Assembly: GCA_022545645.1 (NCBI GenBank)
Contig: JACZQQ010000001.1
Span: forward strand, 1-33,532
Origin: Acidobacteriota bacterium
Lineage (GTDB): Bacteria; Acidobacteriota; UBA6911; RPQK01; JADFOI01
Length of the DNA: 33,532 nucleotides
Reading direction: 5' to 3'
The first letter of the stretch is position 1, and every line of letters begins with the position of its first letter. The notes beneath the pieces are model-generated. The model was not told the origin of the DNA, made no database searches, and was given only the letters and a program-made list of their open reading frames with translations. This document shows positions 8,049 to 14,461 of the stretch, in pieces. Both the position numbers and the translations under genes were made by a program.

Positions 8049-8951
8049 CTAATACCGTTTCTCCCGGACCGACAGATATCGATGCAGCGCCTGGTCCAGG
8101 GGTTTTTCCGTGTTCAGAAGTTCATAATCAACGGAAATATTTCGACACTCCCGGCGCAGTCCCTCGATGTGTTCCTTGAGCAACGCAAAGTAAGTGTTGC
8201 GAGAGTGTTCCGGAACATAGGAAAGGTGTTCCTGTGTTTCCATATCTTCTAAAGTGGAGATATCCTCGAAGGGCATTTCCAGTTCGACAGGATCCAGCAC
8301 ATGAAACAGGATGAGATCGTTACCGCGATGGTAGAAAAAGCGCAGGGTCTTGGCGAGTTTCTCGACATCCTGATAGAAATCGCTGATCAAAATCACCACC
8401 GCCCGTCGCCGGATCAGGTGAGCGAGTTTTTCCAAGGCCCCGCTGATATCCGTTTCTCCCGTCACCTCGAGATTCTCCAGGTGATGCAAAAGGGTAAAGA
8501 AGTGTCCGCGGCGTGTCCGCGGCGGAACCTGGCTGACCACATCGGAGTCGAATGAAATCAGGCCGGCTGCATCTTTTTGGCGCATGGCCAGATAGGCCAG
8601 GGCGGCCGCCAGGTAGCGAGCATAATCGAGCTTGGATACTTTGTGACTGCTGAAGGCCATGCTCTTGCTGACATCCATCAAAATGTACAACTGGGTGTTG
8701 GTGTCTCCCTCGTACTTTTTGACGTAAAAGCGGTCGGTTCTGGCATAGACCATCCAGTCCACTAGTCGAGGGTCATCACCCGGCGCGTATTCTCGATATT
8801 CGGCAAAGTCCAGACTGAAGCCATGATAAGGGGAGTGATGCAGACCGGTCAGGAATCCCTCCACCACGGTCTTGGCGATCAACTGCAGATCTCTGATGCG
8901 AGACAGCACTTGGGGATCGATGAATCGGTTGGAATTTGCAGTTCTGATCAT
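8049..8951 (-). CDS. DUF58 domain protein (MoxR-associated vWA-like)
   Basis: HSPYHGFSLDFAEYREYAPGDDPRLVDW is the DUF58 signature, followed by ILMDVSKSM (DxSxS). I prefer the ATG at 8951, 1 nt after the MoxR stop. The longer TTG start at 8978 would overlap moxR by 26 nt. Confidence 0.85.
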   Translation of the reverse strand: MIRTANSNRFIDPQVLSRIRDLQLIAKTVVEGFLTGLHHSPYHGFSLDFAEYREYAPGDDPRLVDWMVYARTDRFYVKKYEGDTNTQLYILMDVSKSMAFSSHKVSKLDYARYLAAALAYLAMRQKDAAGLISFDSDVVSQVPPRTRRGHFFTLLHHLENLEVTGETDISGALEKLAHLIRRRAVVILISDFYQDVEKLAKTLRFFYHRGNDLILFHVLDPVELEMPFEDISTLEDMETQEHLSYVPEHSRNTYFALLKEHIEGLRRECRNISVDYELLNTEKPLDQALHRYLSVREKRY

Positions 8952-8952
8952 C

Positions 8953-9978
8953 TCAAAGTCCCGATTGCGGGGGGGCAACGGCTTTCAGCAGTCGTTCGAC
9001 GATATCCTCTGGCGTGATTCCCTCCGACTCGGCATGAAAATTGGTCAGTATGCGATGACGCAGCACGGGCTTGGCCAGAGCTTGGATGTCTTCGGTGGAA
9101 ACGGTGAAGCGCCCCTTCAAAAGGGCTCGCACTTTTCCTCCCAGGACCATGAATTGAGAAGCCCGCAAACTGGCACCGTATCTCACCCACTCGTTGATAA
9201 AGTCCTGCTTTGAGTCCTCGCCCGGTCGAGTGCTGCCCGTGAGTCGGACCGCGTAGCGCACGATCTCTTCGTTGGCTGGAATCTTTTTCACAAGTTCTTG
9301 ATAGCGAAGGATATCTTTGCCCGAGACCACCTGGGTAATCTCCTCTGCCGGTTCACCCGTGGTCTCCTGGACCACCTTGACCTCCTCGTCCTCGGGAAGA
9401 TAATCAATCATGATGTTGAACATGAACCGGTCGAGTTGGGCTTCAGGCAGCGGATAGGTCCCCTCCAGTTCAATCGGGTTCTGGGTGGCCAGGACGAAGA
9501 AGGGGGGATCCAGATTGTAGGTGATTCCTCGAACCGTGACTTCTCGTTCCTGCATCGCTTCCAGCAAAGCTGCCTGAGTCTTGGGAGGCGTGCGATTGAT
9601 TTCATCGGCCAGAATGACATTGGCAAAAACGGGACCGGGAACAAATTCCAAACGGCGACGACCCGTGGCAGGATCTTCCTCGATGATCTCCGTTCCGGTA
9701 ATGTCGGTGGGCATCAGATCCGGAGTGAACTGAATGCGTTTGAAGATCAGCCCCAGCGTTTGGGCCACACTGTGGACCAGGAGCGTCTTGGCCAGCCCGG
9801 GAAGTCCCGTGATGAGGCAATGTCCCCCCACATAAAGTGAGATCAAAACCTGTTCGATGACTTCGTCCTGACCGACGATGACCTTTCGCAGTTCCTGAAG
9901 GATTTTCTTCTGCGAATCCAGCATCTCCTCAACCAGTGCCTGGATGCCACCTTCTTCAGCTTGCTTTATTTCTGCCAT
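8953..9978 (-). CDS. moxR: MoxR-family AAA+ ATPase
   Basis: Walker A GLPGLAKT and Walker B ILADEINR are present. Typical MoxR length (341 aa) and C-terminal lid. GAGGAG lies upstream of the ATG. Confidence 0.9.
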   Translation of the reverse strand: MAEIKQAEEGGIQALVEEMLDSQKKILQELRKVIVGQDEVIEQVLISLYVGGHCLITGLPGLAKTLLVHSVAQTLGLIFKRIQFTPDLMPTDITGTEIIEEDPATGRRRLEFVPGPVFANVILADEINRTPPKTQAALLEAMQEREVTVRGITYNLDPPFFVLATQNPIELEGTYPLPEAQLDRFMFNIMIDYLPEDEEVKVVQETTGEPAEEITQVVSGKDILRYQELVKKIPANEEIVRYAVRLTGSTRPGEDSKQDFINEWVRYGASLRASQFMVLGGKVRALLKGRFTVSTEDIQALAKPVLRHRILTNFHAESEGITPEDIVERLLKAVAPPQSGL

Positions 9979-10020
9979 TGAACTCCTCTTTTCCTTTCTC
10001 TATTGTCTATTTTCTTTTTT

Positions 10021-10120
10021 CTACGCGTAGGGCGTAGAGAGTTCGGGGACGGAGAGTTTGGGGACAGTCCCAAGAATTCTCCCAGAGTTCGGGGACTGTC
10101 CCCAAACTCTCCGAACTCTC
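10021..10120. repeat. REP-like cluster of (G)AGAGTT(C/T)GGGGAC(A/T)GTCCCC units, direct and inverted
   Basis: TTTGGGGACAGTCCC (10058-10072) pairs perfectly with GGGACTGTCCCCAAA (10092-10106). GAGTTCGGGGAC is repeated at 10039 and 10085. The CTACGCGTAG palindrome is at 10021-10030. The cluster lies in the 150-nt gap between the DUF4159 stop and the moxR start. Confidence 0.8.
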
Positions 10121-10129
10121 ACTAATCTT

Positions 10130-10879
10130 CTAGTGCGTCAATCCATAGATAATGTAGTTCACTCCGAACTTGAAGGCTTCATTGGAGAGGTTGACAGGCG
10201 TGAAGGACTCATCGGCCCATTCCCAATAGTCTCCGATGTCGTTGTTATGGTTGGCCACGGCCAAAAGCCGCTTCTGTTCATCGAACATGCCGTAAAACCT
10301 GGGCTTGCCCGGAACAGCGTAGGGTGGAACCATGTCCAGTGTTTCGATGTCGTAAAAGCAGTGAAAGATCGGATCATCCAAGGTCAGCTCCTGAAAGCTC
10401 CGCTCAGGCAGGACTTTCTTCATGGCAGCGGTCAGGTTTTCCCATTCCTGAATTCCGCGGAAATCATCAAAGATGACAAAGCCTCCTCGAGAGAGATAGG
10501 CCCGAAGATTGGCAGCTTCTTCATCGGTGATGTTCCAATATCCAGGCTCACTGACATAGAGAATGGGGTAATTCATGATCAGGGGATCGTCCATATCCAG
10601 GACCAGATAGGAATCAGGTGTGGTTTGTATGGATGTGACTTCCAGCAGGATCTTCAAGAAGTTCTTCTCGGCCCGAGGGTAGTCATGGGCCCAGGGCGGG
10701 GGGCCCCAACTCCCCATGCCCAAAAAGTCCACATAACCGTTGTAACGGATGCGGGCGAATTGAAAGAGGTTCACATCACCGGGGTCTCTGGCAGGATCCA
10801 CTTCGTCCAGACTCAGGATGGGCATCACGGAACCGGAGAGGATCAGAAGAGCCAGTGCCAAAGCGAAGATGTGTTTCAT
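10130..10879 (-). CDS. DUF4159 domain protein with signal peptide
   Basis: Signal peptide MKHIFALALALLILSG. The FARIRY...HDYPRAEKNFLKIL...YPILYVSEPGYWNITDEEAANLRAYLSRGGFVIFDDFRG pattern matches DUF4159 as I recall it. The ATGA start overlaps the upstream stop. Confidence 0.7.
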   Translation of the reverse strand: MKHIFALALALLILSGSVMPILSLDEVDPARDPGDVNLFQFARIRYNGYVDFLGMGSWGPPPWAHDYPRAEKNFLKILLEVTSIQTTPDSYLVLDMDDPLIMNYPILYVSEPGYWNITDEEAANLRAYLSRGGFVIFDDFRGIQEWENLTAAMKKVLPERSFQELTLDDPIFHCFYDIETLDMVPPYAVPGKPRFYGMFDEQKRLLAVANHNNDIGDYWEWADESFTPVNLSNEAFKFGVNYIIYGLTH

Positions 10880-13362
10880 TGTCGAACCAGTTTCAACAGC
10901 AGTTTTTGTGCCTCTGGGTAAGCCGGTGCAATTTCCAAAGACAGCAGCACGTGATTGCGGGCACCTTGTCGGTCTCCCGATTCAAATAGAGCCTGGGCCA
11001 GTCTATAGTGAGCCGCCGCCCCGTCAACAGGACTTAGACTTAAAAACACGGTGTATTCCCGCACCGCCTTCTCCGTTTCGCTGAACTGCAAATAGAGATC
11101 TCCCAGCTTTTGATGGGTCTCCGGTTGAAGCGGATCCACGTACATGACTTCTTCCAGGTATTTGGCCGCCTCCTGAGGCTGATCCCTGTCCGAAAGCAGA
11201 CTCGCGATCCGGTGAGCGTTCTCAGGGAACAGAGGTGCGGCGCGCCACCAGCGCTGACGCACTTCCACGAGCTTGTCGACTTGCCCGGTCTCTTCATAGA
11301 TCTGGGTCAGAATGTCATAGGGACTTCCTCTTGCTGCCTGAGTAGGGAGGATCTCCAATGCCTTTTCCAGGTAGGGAATCGCTTCCTCCTGGCGACCGGC
11401 TGTTTTCAGTTGGGTTCCCAAGCGAAGGTTGAGGAAATAATTCTCCGGAGCGGCTTGCCAGGCTTGCAGCAAGGTGTCCAAATCGGTCTCCAACCCGGCC
11501 TCGCCTTCTCCTTCCTGTCCAACTGCACCGGGGAACAGGTGCACCAGTGAGAAATGTTCGGGAGCCTCCAGCTTGCTCAGAAGCGGTTTCAAGGTTTCCT
11601 CCATTTCCTGGCGAAACTGACCATCGATCTCTTCCACCGAGGCACCCAGGACCTGTTGAAAGACCTCCTCTGTAGAAAGTCCCTGGCCGAAGGCTTCCAG
11701 CATCGCTGCAATGCTCTCGAAGCCATATCCAGAGACCAGAAACTCACAGATCCATCCAGCCTGGAAGTAGGCGATGGTGAGGGCCTGTCCCGACTCGGGT
11801 CGCTCAAAACCGGAGTTCAGATCTTTCAAGGGGAGTAAGAGGTCGTCCTTGTAAGCCTGCACAAAGCCAACGTTGAGATAGTCTCCCCATCCTTCGCCTG
11901 CCTGGCGCTCCTCCATCATGGAAATGCCCTCTGTGAACCACCTGGGGACCTTTTCATTGCTCAGGGAGAGGGTCACCACATGGGCGAGCTCATGCCAGAG
12001 TGTTGAGCCCCAATGGAATTCTCCTCTGGGCCGCGCCGAGGGAGAATCCATAGCCACGATTCGTCCAAAAGTGGCGCCCAGCGCCCCCAGTCCCGGAAGT
12101 CCCATGGTTCGAACCGCGAAGTCTTCATGATCGGGATACATTTCAAAAACGTACTTGCCCGAGACCTGGTGGTTATATTTCTGCTCCAATGTCTTCAAGC
12201 TTCTCTCTGCCAGTTCCGCCACATAAGGCTTGAGGGCAACAGCCTCCTTTTCATGCAGCTTCATTCGAAAATGTGGGGTTTCGAAGCGGACAAAGCGATC
12301 GAAACTATCCAGCAGTCTCAGAGTGTTGACCGTCCAGATGTTAAAGGGATCGTTGGCGTAGGCGACTTCCAGGATTCGCTTACCCTCTTCTTCTTCGCCC
12401 AATCGAAGCAATGCGATACCCAAAGATGCACGGGCCGATTCCTGCCTGGGATTTCGCTGCAGCGCTTCTCGATAAAACTCAGCCGCCTCCTCAAGGAGCC
12501 GGTTGCGGTTGGCAAGATCCCCCAGTGTTTCGAACAGATCGCCATCGTTGGGATTGATCTTCAAGACCCGTTGTTGGAGCTTTTCAAATTCTTGGATTTC
12601 TCCCCGGAAATATTCATAAGCACACTCGAGCTCCAGTAGAGGAAGGAAAAGTTTGTTGTTCTTGAGCCCCTTTTCGATCCAGTCCTGGGCTTCCTGCCAG
12701 TTCTTGTCCTCTATCGCCAGCGAGGTCTTGAAGGCAAAGGCTTGTAAATTTTTGGGATTCAACTCGAGCGCTTTGGCAAGGGCCTCGGTAACACCCGGCC
12801 TGAACTGGCCTTTCAGCGCCTGGGCCAACCCCACATAGGCTGCGTCCACTCCCCAGCGGAAGAATCCTGAAGAGGGCTGGCCCATGGCCTGGATCCCATC
12901 TCGGAAGATCAATTCGGCTTCAGCGGCATTGTACTTTTTCAGGTAGAGGTTGCCCCAGTCGACAAACAGCGAAACAGAGACGGGTTGGACCTGTGCAGCT
13001 TCGATGAAAATTCGGTTGGCGTCCTGCCACAAGCTCAGTTGCCAGGCCGCATAGGCAGCCTGGCCAATATCCTCGGAAGTGTTCAACTGTCCGGATTGGT
13101 AAAGACCCAGCAGCCTGCGCGAGTAGCTCTGGGCTTCATCTCTTCTCCCTTCCCGTTGGGTCAACTCCACCAGAAGTCGCAAAACATGGGGATCCGAAAG
13201 GGAGGCGCTTTTCAACTGCTTTTCCGCCCTGTCGTAGCGGCCCTCCTGCATGAATTCCTGAACCTCGGTCAGCAATTTGATCGGCGCGCGCTCGGATAAA
13301 GAGCCCACTTGAGAGGCCAAAGAGGTCGAGAGAGTGAAAAAGATCAGGACGAGCCGCTTCAC
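10876..13362 (-). CDS. secreted TPR-repeat protein with an embedded MA-clan (HExxH) metallopeptidase-like domain
   Basis: 828 aa with a signal peptide (MKRLVLIFFTLSTSLASQ). TPR-like repeats flank both ends. HELAH is at nt 11980-11994 in the context GSTLWHELAHVVT...WFTEGISMMEE, which is Peptidase_MA_2-like. The GTGA start overlaps the upstream stop. Confidence 0.75.
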   Translation of the reverse strand: MKRLVLIFFTLSTSLASQVGSLSERAPIKLLTEVQEFMQEGRYDRAEKQLKSASLSDPHVLRLLVELTQREGRRDEAQSYSRRLLGLYQSGQLNTSEDIGQAAYAAWQLSLWQDANRIFIEAAQVQPVSVSLFVDWGNLYLKKYNAAEAELIFRDGIQAMGQPSSGFFRWGVDAAYVGLAQALKGQFRPGVTEALAKALELNPKNLQAFAFKTSLAIEDKNWQEAQDWIEKGLKNNKLFLPLLELECAYEYFRGEIQEFEKLQQRVLKINPNDGDLFETLGDLANRNRLLEEAAEFYREALQRNPRQESARASLGIALLRLGEEEEGKRILEVAYANDPFNIWTVNTLRLLDSFDRFVRFETPHFRMKLHEKEAVALKPYVAELAERSLKTLEQKYNHQVSGKYVFEMYPDHEDFAVRTMGLPGLGALGATFGRIVAMDSPSARPRGEFHWGSTLWHELAHVVTLSLSNEKVPRWFTEGISMMEERQAGEGWGDYLNVGFVQAYKDDLLLPLKDLNSGFERPESGQALTIAYFQAGWICEFLVSGYGFESIAAMLEAFGQGLSTEEVFQQVLGASVEEIDGQFRQEMEETLKPLLSKLEAPEHFSLVHLFPGAVGQEGEGEAGLETDLDTLLQAWQAAPENYFLNLRLGTQLKTAGRQEEAIPYLEKALEILPTQAARGSPYDILTQIYEETGQVDKLVEVRQRWWRAAPLFPENAHRIASLLSDRDQPQEAAKYLEEVMYVDPLQPETHQKLGDLYLQFSETEKAVREYTVFLSLSPVDGAAAHYRLAQALFESGDRQGARNHVLLSLEIAPAYPEAQKLLLKLVRQ

Positions 13363-14366
13363 AGTTCACCCTCCATCTCGGCGATGCTTTCATTGAGGAC
13401 GGCCAACTTCACCAGAAGCTCTTCCAGGGCGCGGTAATATTCGTCTTCGGGCATCTGGTTCTTGCGAAACTTTAAATCTTCGATTTCCCGTTCGAGTTCC
13501 ACCCCTTGCGAAGCCAACTCCCGCGCTTCCCGGGTGCGGTACGGTTGGGCAGTCGCTCGGGATAGATAAGCCATGGAGGCGAGAAGCGTTCCTTGGTTGC
13601 CTGGGTGGGTCTCCAGGATGTTTTTCTTCTCCAGGAGAACCTGGCCGTTGTCCTGCAAAGTGGCGTGTTCTGTTTGAAGACGTCCCTTCTCTTCGAACCA
13701 GGCAGCCACTTTCTGATGGCTGAAAAGAAATGCTTCCAGGAGCGACACCCTGGCATTTTTATCGGTGTCGGCTTCCTCCGAGGTTACCGCTTCCAGGAAA
13801 AAGGACATAAACAGGGGAGGTTGCCTTTCCGTTGCACTCTTGGTGGCTGTCACGATGACCCGATTCTCCTGACCCAACTGGGAAGCGAGGGTGCCACTGG
13901 CGCTGGTGGCGGCGACCAGATAGGTTCTGGTTTCACCCAGCCCGTCGAAGAAAGTTTTGATGTCCTGATCCGTCAAGTCGGGGCCTGAGATATTGAACTT
14001 GTAATTTCGATGATCGTGGCTGGCATGTCCGATCAAGAAAAGCCACAGCTCATTGGGGAGAGGAGATGAGGAGATTTGCTCAAAGAGTTGAAGAATATCA
14101 CTCTTTTTCTTGTGGCGACCATCGAGGCGATAGACGACGCTCTCGAGCTCATCCTGAAAGTGTGCTTCCGTTGCCAGACCCCAGCTGAGAAAATTCTCCT
14201 CGTACTCCGGCATTCCACCCAGTCCGGTAATGATGATGCAGATCGTATTCTCTTCCGCCGCTTTTAAGGCGGCGGAAGAGAATAGAGAATAGAGAATAGC
14301 GAACAGAATAAAGATATAGAGACCCCGAAAAGACATCAGAATGGGCATGGAACGAGATTTCTTCAT
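13359..14366 (-). CDS. secreted protein with a peptidase C13/caspase-like core (Ser at the expected Cys position) and a C-terminal coiled coil
   Basis: ORF 13359..14495 trimmed to the ATG at 14366 (MKKSRSMPILMSFRGLYIFILFAILYSLFSSAALKA signal peptide). The 43 codons upstream are K/R-rich read-through of a purine repeat. The order ICIIITGLGG / LFLIGHASHD / LVAATSASG resembles the His-Gly ... Ala-Cys layout of clan CD peptidases. Confidence 0.6.
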   Translation of the reverse strand: MKKSRSMPILMSFRGLYIFILFAILYSLFSSAALKAAEENTICIIITGLGGMPEYEENFLSWGLATEAHFQDELESVVYRLDGRHKKKSDILQLFEQISSSPLPNELWLFLIGHASHDHRNYKFNISGPDLTDQDIKTFFDGLGETRTYLVAATSASGTLASQLGQENRVIVTATKSATERQPPLFMSFFLEAVTSEEADTDKNARVSLLEAFLFSHQKVAAWFEEKGRLQTEHATLQDNGQVLLEKKNILETHPGNQGTLLASMAYLSRATAQPYRTREARELASQGVELEREIEDLKFRKNQMPEDEYYRALEELLVKLAVLNESIAEMEGEL

Positions 14367-14461
14367 GGACTTCCCTATAAAGACGTTGTTCTCTTTTCTT
14401 TTTCTTCTCTTTTCTTTTTTCTGTTTTCTTTTTCCTATTCTCTGTGCGGGAAGCACACTCG

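Noticed and set aside
10058-10921. 287-aa plus-strand ORF
   Set aside because: It is entirely antisense to the DUF4159 gene. Its 5' end is made of REP-cluster sequence (GTVPRILPEFGDCPQ is a repeat translation).
12013-12639. 208-aa plus-strand ORF, plus 11110..11550 and 11554..11838
   Set aside because: They are antisense to the 828-aa TPR/HExxH gene, which is continuous and coupled to its neighbours.
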